This document shows, piece after piece, positions 27,370 to 36,637 of a stretch of 44,532 bases of DNA (positions are counted from its first letter, which is position 1; each line of letters opens with the position of its first letter). The notes under the pieces are model-generated. The model saw nothing but the letters and a program-made list of their open reading frames with translations, did no database searches and was not told the DNA's origin. The translations under genes were made by a program, and so were the position numbers. Source of the stretch: an uncultured Methanospirillum sp. (GTDB taxonomy: Archaea; Halobacteriota; Methanomicrobia; Methanomicrobiales; Methanospirillaceae); assembly GCA_964386835.1 (NCBI GenBank), contig CAYLUL010000001.1, positions 1-44,532 on the forward strand, read 5' to 3'.

Positions 27370-29199
27370 ATGCGAATGCTGCCTGCCGCGCTCGCCGCGA
27401 TCGTTCTCCTGGTCGCGCCGGCGCTCGCCTGCTCGACCTTCATCATCACCCCCGGCGCCTCGGACGACGGGTCAATGTACATCGCGCACTCCAACGACGG
27501 ATTCGGTCCCGGGGTGCTCGGACACAACCTCTCAGAGGAGGACACGCACCTGGTATACGTTCCTGCCGGAGACCACCCGTCCGGGGCGAAGCGGACGGTC
27601 CATTTTGACCCGAACTCGGGGTCCGACGACCCGGTTGACCGGGCTTCGACCGACCACCGCAACACCTCCGAGATCGATGAAGTCCCGCACACCTATGGGT
27701 ACCTGACCGGGAGCTACGGGATCATCAATGAGGTCGGGCTGATGGCGTCCGAGTGCACGGACTACGCACGAGTCCAGCCGAACTGGGACCCCGAACGCCG
27801 AATCTTCTACTCGTCTGAGCTCTCCAACATCGCGCTCGAACGGTGTCGTACTGCGCGTGATGCGGTCGAGCTTGTCGGTGGGTTGATCGACCGCCACGGG
27901 TTTTACGGGACCGGCGAGACCCTGCTCTTCGCCGATCCTGAAGAGGCCTGGGTGATCGAGATGTGCGGGTACGACATGAACGCAACGGGGGGACTCTGGG
28001 CGGCAGAACGCATCCCCGACGGACATGTCTTCGTCGCCGCCAACACCTTCCGGATCCGCGATATCACCCCCGGACGCGATGATCAGCTCCACTCGGAGAA
28101 CCTCTTTCGGGTTGCCGAGGACCGAGGCTGGTGGCGTTCGTCGGACGGACCCCTCGACTGGCTACAGACGGTCTCGACCGGCGAGTACTCCCACCCCTAC
28201 TACTCTCTCTCGCGGGTCTGGCGCCTCTACGACCGGATGGCCCCATCGCTCCACCTCTCCCCCTACGTGGAGGGAACATACACCTCCGCCTATCCATTCT
28301 CCTCGAAGCCCGACAAACCCGTGAACGCCACGACAGTGCTCTCGCTCTTCCGTGACCATTACGAGGGGACGGTCTTCGACCTCACGAATGGGACGGCGGC
28401 GGGCCCATACGGCGACCCGTACCGTAACTCCGGCTTCTTCGACAACCACCAGCCCTTCGCGCCCGGAGAAGTTCGACCTGGTGCCTGGCCACGGCCGATC
28501 TCGCCGCTCTTCTGCAGTTACAGCTACGTCTGCCAGGGTCGCTCCTGGCTCCCGGCCGACGTGGGCGGCATCGCCTGGATAGGATTTGCCGTGCCGGCCG
28601 AGACGGTCTATCTCCCGATATATGCCGGTTCGAGCGCGCTGCCGGCATCGTTCTCGAAAGGGAATCGGAGCGAAGTCTCACGCGACTCCGCCTGGTGGGC
28701 CTTCAACCTGGTGACCAACTGGGCACGCCTCCGGTACAGCGATATGATCCCGGAGATCCAGGCCGAACAACAGGCGATCGAGGCGGCGGCGCTGAACAAT
28801 CGAACCACCGTCGACGGCGAGGTTTTGCGGTTGAGAAATGTCTCAGGGGAAGCGGTGTCCCGGGAGTTCCTGACGAACTGGACGGTGGCGAACGCCGAGG
28901 CAAGCGTGGACCGCTGGTGGCATTTTTCAGACCGGCTCATCGCACGGTACGCGAATGGGATGGTGAACGACTTCGTGAACGGGACGACAGCGAACCCCGG
29001 GTATCCGGTAACCTGGTACGACTCGAACGGATACCAGTATGGACCGAGGGTCTACGACATGGAGGGACTTGGTGCGATCTCCGGCCTTGCCTATGTCAAC
29101 AACACGGTGTTGGTCAGTCCCGGTGACGAACTCCGCCTGATCCGCGAGACCCAGCGGCGCGCCGGGAACGGGACCGCCTCCCCCTCCCCATCGCCCTAA
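27370..29199 (+). CDS. Secreted C69-family (Ntn-hydrolase) dipeptidase
   Basis: The signal peptide ends ...APALA, followed by CSTFIITPGASDDGSMYIAHSND (N-terminal nucleophile Cys). Later come GETLLFADPEEAWVIE and FVAANTFRI. Confidence 0.85.
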   Translation: MRMLPAALAAIVLLVAPALACSTFIITPGASDDGSMYIAHSNDGFGPGVLGHNLSEEDTHLVYVPAGDHPSGAKRTVHFDPNSGSDDPVDRASTDHRNTSEIDEVPHTYGYLTGSYGIINEVGLMASECTDYARVQPNWDPERRIFYSSELSNIALERCRTARDAVELVGGLIDRHGFYGTGETLLFADPEEAWVIEMCGYDMNATGGLWAAERIPDGHVFVAANTFRIRDITPGRDDQLHSENLFRVAEDRGWWRSSDGPLDWLQTVSTGEYSHPYYSLSRVWRLYDRMAPSLHLSPYVEGTYTSAYPFSSKPDKPVNATTVLSLFRDHYEGTVFDLTNGTAAGPYGDPYRNSGFFDNHQPFAPGEVRPGAWPRPISPLFCSYSYVCQGRSWLPADVGGIAWIGFAVPAETVYLPIYAGSSALPASFSKGNRSEVSRDSAWWAFNLVTNWARLRYSDMIPEIQAEQQAIEAAALNNRTTVDGEVLRLRNVSGEAVSREFLTNWTVANAEASVDRWWHFSDRLIARYANGMVNDFVNGTTANPGYPVTWYDSNGYQYGPRVYDMEGLGAISGLAYVNNTVLVSPGDELRLIRETQRRAGNGTASPSPSP

Positions 29200-29217
29200 C
29201 GGTGTCCCCGTACCGGT

Positions 29218-30441
29218 ATGGACAAGGATGAAATAACCAGAACCACCACATCCACTATGGACGACGAACAGGGCCTTGTTCCGGCTGAACAGGTGCTGGG
29301 ACCTGATCCAGCGCCGGACAGGACCGGGTACCGGGCCCTGATGGTCGGGACTGCAGTCGCCGGCCTGGTGGTCTCCCTCCTCCTCCTCTCGAGCCCCGAT
29401 CTGAACGCCGAGCTCCTGCTCCTCACGGCGGGGGCGCTCCAGGTCGCACCTTTCGTCCTCATCGCGTTGGCCGCCTACCTGGCCGAAGACTCGCGCCCTC
29501 TCCGGTACATGACCGGGCTTCTGCTGTTCGGCCTGATCGGGGTCCTGGTCCTCCTCTCGTTCGCGCTCGGCCTGATGGCGATCCTCCCTGCGGGCGCCCT
29601 CGAGAGCGCGGCCCTTCCGCCGGGGATGGAGGGGACCGTGCTCGCCCTCTTCGGGCTCGGGTCGATCTGCGGGCTCGTCTCGCTCGCCGGGTTCCTGCCC
29701 CCGGTCCGGCGCCTGCTCGCCAGGGTGATCCCGCTCGACCCGAACTCCTTCGTCCACGCAGTTGCCCTCGTCCTCGTGCTCGCCATGGTCCTCGTGCCCC
29801 CTGTGCCCCTGGTCGTGAACGGTGCCCCACCATTCCTCTCGGAAGCCCTCCTCGGCGGGGATGAAACCGTCGAGAATCCGGGTGACTTCGCCCGCTCGGA
29901 GGCCTACTCCCTTCTCTTCATCATCTACGGCTCGTTCCTGATCGTTGGGCTCTTTGTCCGGCGAACCTTCTCCGAGGCCCTTGAGCGCCTAGCTTTTGTC
30001 CGCCCGACGGGCCGGCAGGTCGTCTTCGCGGTCGTCGCCGCCCTGGTGCTGGTCGTGGTCTTCGGGCTCGTCGATCGGGCAATCGCCGCCGTTTGGGGGG
30101 CACTGGGGTGGGCTGTCACGGATGACGAGGCGTACCGCCGCCTCTTCTCCGACGTCCTGACCCCGGTCGGCGCTGTGACAGCGGCGGTCTCTGCCGGGAT
30201 CGGGGAGGAACTGGCTGTCCGGGGGGTGCTTCAGCCGGTCTTTGGGATCGTCCTGCCGAGCCTCCTCTTCGCTGCACTCCACGCCTGGCAGTACTCCTGG
30301 GACGCCCTCCTCTCGGTCTTTCTTGCTGGGCTCGTCTTCGCCTGGATCCGGAGGCGGGCGAACACGACGACCTGCGCCATCACCCACGGGCTCTACGACC
30401 TGGTGCTCTTTGGTGCGCTGGCGACCGGGTTCACGATCTGA
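29218..30441 (+). CDS. CPBP-family (CAAX-type) intramembrane metalloprotease
   Basis: Multi-TM protein with GIGEELAVRGVLQ (EExxxR), FAALHAWQY (FxxxH) and AITHGLYDL (HxxxD/N). Confidence 0.85.
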   Translation: MDKDEITRTTTSTMDDEQGLVPAEQVLGPDPAPDRTGYRALMVGTAVAGLVVSLLLLSSPDLNAELLLLTAGALQVAPFVLIALAAYLAEDSRPLRYMTGLLLFGLIGVLVLLSFALGLMAILPAGALESAALPPGMEGTVLALFGLGSICGLVSLAGFLPPVRRLLARVIPLDPNSFVHAVALVLVLAMVLVPPVPLVVNGAPPFLSEALLGGDETVENPGDFARSEAYSLLFIIYGSFLIVGLFVRRTFSEALERLAFVRPTGRQVVFAVVAALVLVVVFGLVDRAIAAVWGALGWAVTDDEAYRRLFSDVLTPVGAVTAAVSAGIGEELAVRGVLQPVFGIVLPSLLFAALHAWQYSWDALLSVFLAGLVFAWIRRRANTTTCAITHGLYDLVLFGALATGFTI

Positions 30442-30447
30442 GGTACC

Positions 30448-30891
30448 ATGACCGCGAAGCTGCTCCCCCTTGTTCTTCTCCTCGCACTCGCCGCTGTCGG
30501 GTGCCTCTCCCCGGACTCGGCCGATCCACCCAACGGGCTTGCACTGAAGACCGGCCCCGTGACGTCCGAGCCTGCACCACCCGTGGATCAGAGCACCGGG
30601 GTTCTCTTCTTCTGGGGCGAGGACTGCCACGCCTGCCATGATGTACGCCCGTTTGTCGAGGAGCTGGCCCGGACACACCCCGATATCCAGTTCGACTTCG
30701 TCGAGATCTACAGAAACGAGACGAACGCAACCCGGTATCATGAGGCCAACAGCGCCCTGAATGTCACGCCCCGCGGCATCCCCGAGGTGATCGCCGGCAG
30801 ATCGGCGTTCTTCGGAGATGAGGAGATTCGCGAGAAGCTCCCCGGGGCCGTCCAGGCGATCGAAGCGGGGAGAGGGGAGGGGGGCGGTTGA
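30448..30891 (+). CDS. Thioredoxin-fold lipoprotein (CxxC)
   Basis: Lipobox-like LAAVGC. FFWGEDCHACHDVRP gives a WxxxCxxC redox motif. Confidence 0.6.
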   Translation: MTAKLLPLVLLLALAAVGCLSPDSADPPNGLALKTGPVTSEPAPPVDQSTGVLFFWGEDCHACHDVRPFVEELARTHPDIQFDFVEIYRNETNATRYHEANSALNVTPRGIPEVIAGRSAFFGDEEIREKLPGAVQAIEAGRGEGGG

Positions 30892-30944
30892 GGAACCGGT
30901 CCCTGGGCGCCACGTATATACCCCCCCGCGACGACCGATCGTCC

Positions 30945-31298
30945 ATGGCTGATTCACGCCGTGAACTCGAGAAAGAGCTCGTCTGGGATCTCGCTGGGCT
31001 TGTCGACTACCAGCCCGGTTCGATCGCCTCCCGGATGCTGGTCTTCAAGCACGCGGGGACGATCACGCTCTTCGCCTTCGACGAGGGCGAGGGGCTTCCA
31101 GAGCACACGGCGCCGTACGATGCAATCGTGACCGTGCTCGAGGGAACAGCCCGCGTCACCATCCGCGACAAAGAGTTCACCCTCAAGACGGGCCAGGTGA
31201 TCGTCATGCCTGCATCCATTCCGCATGCGGTGCACGCGGTTAGTCGGTTCAAGATGCAGCTCGTGATGATCCACGAGGAGGACCGGCCTGGATCCTGA
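30945..31298 (+). CDS. Cupin-domain protein (117 aa)
   Basis: FDEGEGLPEHTAPYDAIVTVLEGTARVTI...GQVIVMPASIPHAVHA are cupin motifs 1 and 2. The ATG at 30945 was verified. GTATATA at 30914-30920 lies 25-31 nt upstream, suggesting a leaderless transcript. Confidence 0.8.
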   Translation: MADSRRELEKELVWDLAGLVDYQPGSIASRMLVFKHAGTITLFAFDEGEGLPEHTAPYDAIVTVLEGTARVTIRDKEFTLKTGQVIVMPASIPHAVHAVSRFKMQLVMIHEEDRPGS

Positions 31299-31361
31299 AC
31301 GCAATTGGACCTGTGCTAACATCGGAAAGGTTGAACCGGTCAGGGGACCCATTCACGATGG

Positions 31362-32180
31362 ATGAAGCAGATCGCCCTCTACGGCAAGGGAGGTATCGGG
31401 AAGTCGACGACCTCGGCAAACCTCTCAGCCGCGCTCGGAGAGAGCGGGCGATCGGTCCTCCAGGTCGGGTGCGACCCAAAACACGACTCGACACGGATGC
31501 TGATGCATGGTGAACCGCTCCCGACGGTGCTCGAGCTGGTGCGGGAGCGAGGGGCGGCCGGTGTCGCCCTCGAGGATGTGGTCCGGCCTGGTTATGCTGG
31601 CGTCCGGTGCGTGGAGGCCGGCGGGCCTGAGCCCGGTATCGGATGTGCCGGCCGGGGCATCATCGCAACCTTCCAGCTCCTGGAAGAGCGAGGTGCCCTC
31701 GAGGCGGACGTGATCGTCTACGACGTCCTCGGCGATGTGGTCTGTGGCGGCTTCGCCATGCCGATGCGGGAGGGCTATGCCGAGGAGGTCTACCTGGTCA
31801 CCTCGGGCGAGCTGATGTCGCTCTACGCGGCCAACAACATCGCGAAGGCGATCGCTCGCCTCGCCGAGCGGCCGCGTTGCCGCTGCAGGCTCGCCGGCGT
31901 AATCCTGAACGCAAAGGGGATGGAGCGCGAGGAAGAGCTGGTGAGCGAATTCGCGGTTGCGATCGGCTCCCGGCTCGTGGCCGCGATACCCCGGGACCGG
32001 GTGGTCCAGCTCGCCGAACTTCACCGCCAGACCGTGATCGAGTATGCGCCCGACTCGGCACAGGCCGGGGTTTACCGACGGCTTGCCGACGATCTGCTCC
32101 GCAACACCGACCTCGCGATCCCGCGACCCCTCACCCAGGATGCCCTCGAGTCCCTCGCCTTTGCGTACGCCCCGTTCTAA
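31362..32180 (+). CDS. NifH/BchL/CfbC-family Fe-protein-like ATPase (nitrogenase-like reductase component)
   Basis: P-loop [23 protein letters not shown], 4Fe-4S ligands GIGCAGRG and [10 protein letters not shown], and switch [12 protein letters not shown]. Confidence 0.95.
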   Translation: MKQIALYGKGGIGKSTTSANLSAALGESGRSVLQVGCDPKHDSTRMLMHGEPLPTVLELVRERGAAGVALEDVVRPGYAGVRCVEAGGPEPGIGCAGRGIIATFQLLEERGALEADVIVYDVLGDVVCGGFAMPMREGYAEEVYLVTSGELMSLYAANNIAKAIARLAERPRCRCRLAGVILNAKGMEREEELVSEFAVAIGSRLVAAIPRDRVVQLAELHRQTVIEYAPDSAQAGVYRRLADDLLRNTDLAIPRPLTQDALESLAFAYAPF

Positions 32181-33174
32181 CGGGTGCACCCTTGCTGGCG
32201 CCCTCTCGGTCGCCACCGCGGTCTCGGATGGCCTCACCATCGTCCACGGCCCGGCCGGGTGCGCTCACCACCATGTCTCGCTCCTCCTCACCACGCTCCT
32301 CGACCAGCCCGGGGTCCGGATGCCGACACTCCTTTCGGATGATCTCCGTGAGGAGGAGGTGATCTTCGGAGGAGAGGAGGCCCTCGCCCGGGCCCTCGAT
32401 GAGGCCACTGCGCGGTCTCCGGAATCGATCGCGATCCTCTCGACCTGCGTGGCCGAGGCGATCGGCGACGACTGCGAGGCGGTGTCTGCCCGTGTCCCAG
32501 AGACAGTCCCGGTCGTCGTGATCCCGGTCGGAGGATTCTTCGGCGGGGGGTTCCTCGAGGGGGAGCGGACCGCCCTCCAGGCCTACGGAGTGCTCGCCTC
32601 CCGGCTCTCAACCCCAGAACGGAGCGACGAGCCCGTGATCGCGCTGGTGGGCGAGAAGAACCTGGAGTTCGATGCTGACACCCACGCTGAAGAGCTCGGT
32701 CGGCTTCTTGGGCATCTCGACCAGGAAGTCGGGCTCCGGTTCGTCCGCAAGGCCCCAACCAGCACACTCGGCCTCTTACCCAGCGCCGATCTGCTGATCC
32801 TTCGCGAGCCGGCTCTGGCATCGGTCGCGGTCCGGCTACCGGTCCGACCTGGCACGCCGCAGATCGACGGGTTCCCAGTTGGCCTCACGGCGACAGTCTC
32901 GTTCCTGGGAGCGGTGGGTGCAGCCCTGGGGCAGGATGCGGAAGCCGCCTGCGAGGCCGAAGCCTCCCACCAGGAGACGACCCTCGCCCGGTTCGCCGGC
33001 CTCGCGGGGAGTCGGGTGTGGTTCCCAACGGGGGGACAATGGCTCGCTGAGCTCGCAGACGCCCTCGAACTGGTCATTGACCCCGCTGGGGTCTTGCTCC
33101 CGGTGCCTGAACCCGCCCCGGTCGGAACTGCGGGAATCGCCCGACTCCTCTCGCGCTGGAGGCGAGCACTCTGA
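32161..33174 (+). CDS. Nitrogenase component-1-type oxidoreductase subunit (short NifD/NifE/BchN/CfbD-like, about 337 aa)
   Basis: [30 protein letters not shown] and [17 protein letters not shown] give three Cys in NifD/BchN-like positions. The only canonical start near the fold's beginning is the TTG at 32161, a 20-nt overlap with the H gene. The ATG at 32044 would add 39 codons read across the H gene. Confidence 0.8.
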   Translation: MRTPRSNGCTLAGALSVATAVSDGLTIVHGPAGCAHHHVSLLLTTLLDQPGVRMPTLLSDDLREEEVIFGGEEALARALDEATARSPESIAILSTCVAEAIGDDCEAVSARVPETVPVVVIPVGGFFGGGFLEGERTALQAYGVLASRLSTPERSDEPVIALVGEKNLEFDADTHAEELGRLLGHLDQEVGLRFVRKAPTSTLGLLPSADLLILREPALASVAVRLPVRPGTPQIDGFPVGLTATVSFLGAVGAALGQDAEAACEAEASHQETTLARFAGLAGSRVWFPTGGQWLAELADALELVIDPAGVLLPVPEPAPVGTAGIARLLSRWRRAL

Positions 33175-33215
33175 CACGATCGTCGTGCCGGGCCGGGCCA
33201 CTCGTCCCGTGTGCC

Positions 33216-34307
33216 ATGGTCGGGGCGGTCGCCTGCCTCTCGGCCTATAGCGGCATGGGGGTTGTCGTCCATGGATCATCCGGCTGCTGGTTTTACCCCT
33301 CTTCCCTCCTGAAGATCGACCTGGGGTGCACGGATCTTTCGGCCGAAGATGCGATCCTGGGAACCGGGGACCGGGTCAGGGCGGTTGTCGAGGCAGCACT
33401 CACTCGCAACCCCCATGTCGCGGTGGTAAATACCTGCGTCCCTGGGATCATCGGGGAGGACTTCATAGGGCTTTTCGACGGTCTGTCGGTCACCGTCGTT
33501 GACGCGCCCGGCTTTCTTGGAGGAGCACCCGTTGGGCATAAGGCCGCCATCGCCGCCCTCGAACCGGTCGTCGATCCGGAGGTTGAGTCGATCGGGATCG
33601 ACGGGCTTTCGCCCCTTGACCCGTTCTTTCGCGGAGACCTGCACGAGACCGAGCGCCTCCTCCGCCTGGCAGGGGCCGAGCCGGGAACAAGGTACGCGGG
33701 TGGCCCGGTCACCTCGGTTCAGCGGGCATCCCCTGTGACGGTGGTCGCGAACCCGGCTTACGCGGCCGGCCCTGGTCTTCGAGCCGGCGACCTCATGGGG
33801 CTTGAGGCTGTCCGGGCGACCTTCAACCGGCTCGCAGACCTCGATCCCCGGATTGACCCCACCCCGATCGAGGACGAGTGCCTCGAGACCGAGGATCGAT
33901 GCCGGCGCGCCGGGAATAGATTCCTCGCCCGGCACGATCCACCCCGCGTGGCGGTCTTCGGAGATGGTGCTCGGGTGCGGGCCGCAGCCCGAACTCTCGA
34001 GAGGTACCTGGACGCAGACTGCGTCCTCCTCGGGGATCGGGGTGATCCCGCGGGGAGCGACAGGTCCCGATGGTGCCGGGGCGACGACCTCGGCCCGGTC
34101 GAGGAGGCCCTCTCGGCTGCCGGCCCGGACCTCGTGCTCGGGTCCTCATTCGAGGAGCGATTGGCGCCCGGCGCAGCATTCGTCCCGTTCGGTCCCCCAG
34201 TCAGGGGCCGGCCACGCCTGGCCTCCGTTCCCCTCTGCGGAATCGAAGGGACGCTCGCCCTCGTCGAGGCGGTGCTCATCGCGTGTGCGGCCCGACGAAA
34301 GGCTTGA
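33216..34307 (+). CDS. Second, divergent nitrogenase component-1-type subunit (NifK/NifN/BchB/CfbD-like, 363 aa)
   Basis: MVGAVACLSAYSGMGVVVHGSSGCWFY and VVNTCVPGIIGEDF show the same fold signatures as the preceding gene with low identity to it. The ATG at 33216 was verified. Confidence 0.8.
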   Translation: MVGAVACLSAYSGMGVVVHGSSGCWFYPSSLLKIDLGCTDLSAEDAILGTGDRVRAVVEAALTRNPHVAVVNTCVPGIIGEDFIGLFDGLSVTVVDAPGFLGGAPVGHKAAIAALEPVVDPEVESIGIDGLSPLDPFFRGDLHETERLLRLAGAEPGTRYAGGPVTSVQRASPVTVVANPAYAAGPGLRAGDLMGLEAVRATFNRLADLDPRIDPTPIEDECLETEDRCRRAGNRFLARHDPPRVAVFGDGARVRAAARTLERYLDADCVLLGDRGDPAGSDRSRWCRGDDLGPVEEALSAAGPDLVLGSSFEERLAPGAAFVPFGPPVRGRPRLASVPLCGIEGTLALVEAVLIACAARRKA

Positions 34308-34327
34308 AGCCGGTGGGCACCCAGGAG

Positions 34328-34552
34328 ATGAGGATGACGGGTACGCAGCGTGACTCGATCCAGGTCGGTTTCAGGGTTGCAATCATCCAGAAGCAGGACC
34401 AGCGGACCGGCCGAACGGTTGAGGGCGTCGTGGCGGAGCTCCTGACGCGCTCGTCGACGCACCCGCACGGCATCAAGGTACGGTTGACTGACGGTCGTGT
34501 TGGGCGCGTTGCGAGCGTGCTCGGGAATGATTCGGTGGCCCCCGATAGCTGA
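34328..34552 (+). CDS. YwbE-family small protein (DUF2196)
   Basis: IIQKQDQRTGRTVEGVVAELLTRSSTHPHGIKVRLTDGRVGRV matches the YwbE signature (KKDQRTG...SxxHPHGIKVRLxDGxVGRV). It is the C-terminal part of track ORF 34070..34552. Confidence 0.85.
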   Translation: MRMTGTQRDSIQVGFRVAIIQKQDQRTGRTVEGVVAELLTRSSTHPHGIKVRLTDGRVGRVASVLGNDSVAPDS

Positions 34553-34667
34553 ACGGGGCCCGCCCCCTGAAGACGTCGTGCAAGGTCCCACGAAACAAAC
34601 GGAAAAAATGGCCGGGATGATAGGGCTCCCGGTGGCCCGAACGACCCTGTCCGGCTCAATTCCCGGT

Positions 34668-35132
34668 TCAGCTCCCTTCTGAGAGTTCCTCGACCACCCC
34701 CCGCCCGAATGGATCAGCCACAAAGACCTCCTCGACAGTCTGCCTGATCCCCTCATCCCCAATTCGGTTCAGGGCGGCCGCCGCCATCCAGCGGCAACAC
34801 TCATTTTTTCCATGCAGGTTCTCCATCAGCGACGGGATTGACCGCGAGTCACCGATGTGTTCGAGTGCCCAGATCGCCGGCACCCGGACCCGCCAGTCCA
34901 GATCCCCTGCCGCCACCATCAGGGCTTCAACGGCTGGAGGCCCGACACGCTCGAGCGCCACGGCGGCACGCCACCGTGTCTCACGGTGGACGGACCGGAG
35001 TAGCGGTGCGACGTCGAGGACCGCCCCCTCGCCGATCGTCCCGATCGCCGCGGCCGCATCGAGCATCTGGTAGGTCGTGCCATGCACGAGCATCCGGACG
35101 AGCTCGCTCGTCCTCGTACCATCATCACTCAT
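34668..35132 (-). CDS. HEAT-repeat protein (154 aa)
   Basis: Repeats ...HRETRWRAAVALERVG and DLDWRVRVPAIWALEHIGD. The ATG at 35132 is preceded by GGGGAGGGAGAGAG. Confidence 0.75.
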   Translation of the reverse strand: MSDDGTRTSELVRMLVHGTTYQMLDAAAAIGTIGEGAVLDVAPLLRSVHRETRWRAAVALERVGPPAVEALMVAAGDLDWRVRVPAIWALEHIGDSRSIPSLMENLHGKNECCRWMAAAALNRIGDEGIRQTVEEVFVADPFGRGVVEELSEGS

Positions 35133-35248
35133 CTCTCTCCCTCCCCTTGTCGACGTGGTATCGACGGACCAGACTCGGAACGGAGCGATATTATTAATTT
35201 GCAGCACGATGTCGCCCGGCAACGTCGCCCGGCGAAAAATAACGGGGG

Positions 35249-36601
35249 TCAGGAAGTGCCGTTGCCGTCCCCATTCGATTCGATCGGCATTGGTGGAAGG
35301 GTGGGGATCGTGACCACTGGCAGTGGATTGGGGAGTGTGGTCGGTACCTCCGGAGTCGTCGGCTCGGGGATCGGCACGGTCGTTGGAATCGTGGTATCGA
35401 CCGGCGTTGGCACGCTTGTGACCGGCTCGGGGATCGGCACTGTTGTCACCGGCACCGGGGTTGAGGGGGGCGAAGTTGCCGGTGGTAACGTCGGAGAACT
35501 CGTCGTCTGGTCCGGCACCGTGGTGGGGGCGCTGGTCTCGGTCGAAGGCCCTGCTGTCGTGGGCAGGGGGGTGGCGGGGTCAGGGAAGAGGGTCGTGGCG
35601 GGCACCCCCGTCGTCCTGGTGATGATCGGGGTCCAGCTCACCCCTGGATCGATCGTCGCCGTGGACTGGCTCACCACCCGGACCGTCTGAAGAGGCGTCG
35701 GGGTGTACTTGCCACCGGTGTAGGGATCATCCGGAGACCGGGTGGTCGCGACCGTCGTCGTTCGATCCGAGGCTGGACTGGTCGTGCCGGCCGACGATGC
35801 CCCGGCCGTCGACGTTGGACTCGGAGCAGCGGTGGGCCCCTCGCCGAGTCCGCTCAGGCTCCCCGACGGAGCGAGGACCACGGGGCGGAGGTCATCTGAT
35901 CCGCCGGAGATCACACCAGGAGCCCGGTCGCCGGAGTGCAGCCAGAGCGGTCGGCCTCTGAACGCGGTCTGCGGTGTCCCGTTGATACCCACGACCTCGG
36001 AGAAGTCGCCTGATGTCACGAGCGGGGACGGCCCAACGACCGGGGAGGCACGGAACGGGAGCAGGCCGGCGCTCCGCACAGTGGCGTTGGCGTTCTCAGG
36101 GGCATACAGGGTGAGCCCATCCGGCGTCGTCAGGTAGATGCCATAGCTCACGTTCTCGAGGACCATCAATGTGTACTCGGTCCGCGCGAGGAATGTGATG
36201 TTGTTTGCGCCCTGACTCTTGGCATCGCCTGCCGCCCGGTCGTTTAGATAGTAGTAGAGGGGCCATCCGCGGTAGGTGGTCTGCTTCGAGCCGTCGGGGC
36301 GGGTCAGGATGCCGAACTCGGTCGTATCGATCCCTCGTCCGCCGGGCATGCTCTCGGCGAAGAAGGGTGGGTAGAACCGCGACACGTCACCGAGGTCGGC
36401 GATGATACCGGTGTTCGGGATGTCTCGCGCGATCACGTAGAGGGAGCGGCCGTTCGAATCCGTGAGAATCTTCCCATAGGTCGGATGGTCGCTGAGCTGG
36501 ACCGAGAGGGGCTGTGTCCTGGTGCAGCCGGCCATGAGGACTGCCGCACCCAGGATGAGAACCAGCATCAGTACCAGCGCAGTGCGGGATGAACGGATCA
36601 T
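35249..36601 (-). CDS. Lipoprotein with COG4315/Lipoprotein_15 secreted repeats and a Thr/Pro-rich C-terminal tail
   Basis: Lipobox LMAGC. Repeats GKILTDSNGRSLYVIARD, GWPLYYYLND, LTTPDGLTLYAP and FRGRPLWLHSGD. The tail has an imperfect 63-nt (21-aa) duplication TVPIPEP... at 35361 and 35424. Confidence 0.8.
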   Translation of the reverse strand: MIRSSRTALVLMLVLILGAAVLMAGCTRTQPLSVQLSDHPTYGKILTDSNGRSLYVIARDIPNTGIIADLGDVSRFYPPFFAESMPGGRGIDTTEFGILTRPDGSKQTTYRGWPLYYYLNDRAAGDAKSQGANNITFLARTEYTLMVLENVSYGIYLTTPDGLTLYAPENANATVRSAGLLPFRASPVVGPSPLVTSGDFSEVVGINGTPQTAFRGRPLWLHSGDRAPGVISGGSDDLRPVVLAPSGSLSGLGEGPTAAPSPTSTAGASSAGTTSPASDRTTTVATTRSPDDPYTGGKYTPTPLQTVRVVSQSTATIDPGVSWTPIITRTTGVPATTLFPDPATPLPTTAGPSTETSAPTTVPDQTTSSPTLPPATSPPSTPVPVTTVPIPEPVTSVPTPVDTTIPTTVPIPEPTTPEVPTTLPNPLPVVTIPTLPPMPIESNGDGNGTS

Positions 36602-36625
36602 GGCGATGAAGTGGTTGGGACCCTG

Positions 36626-36637
36626 AATATTTTATAG
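36626..36637 (-). promoter_or_regulatory. Candidate TATA box for the lipoprotein gene
   Basis: The minus strand reads CTATAAAATATT, 25-36 nt upstream of ATG 36601, consistent with a leaderless or short-leader archaeal mRNA. Confidence 0.45.

Noticed and set aside
25853-30000. Integrated mobile element downstream of tRNA-Ser
   Set aside because: There is no integrase or recombinase. I found no direct repeat of the tRNA 3' end by eye, and GC content and gene content look native.
32044-32160. Upstream ATG start (32044) for the first NifD-like gene
   Set aside because: It would add 39 codons read out of frame across the 3' end of the NifH-like gene, giving P/S/R-rich sequence. The fold's first conserved Cys lies 9 codons after the TTG at 32161.
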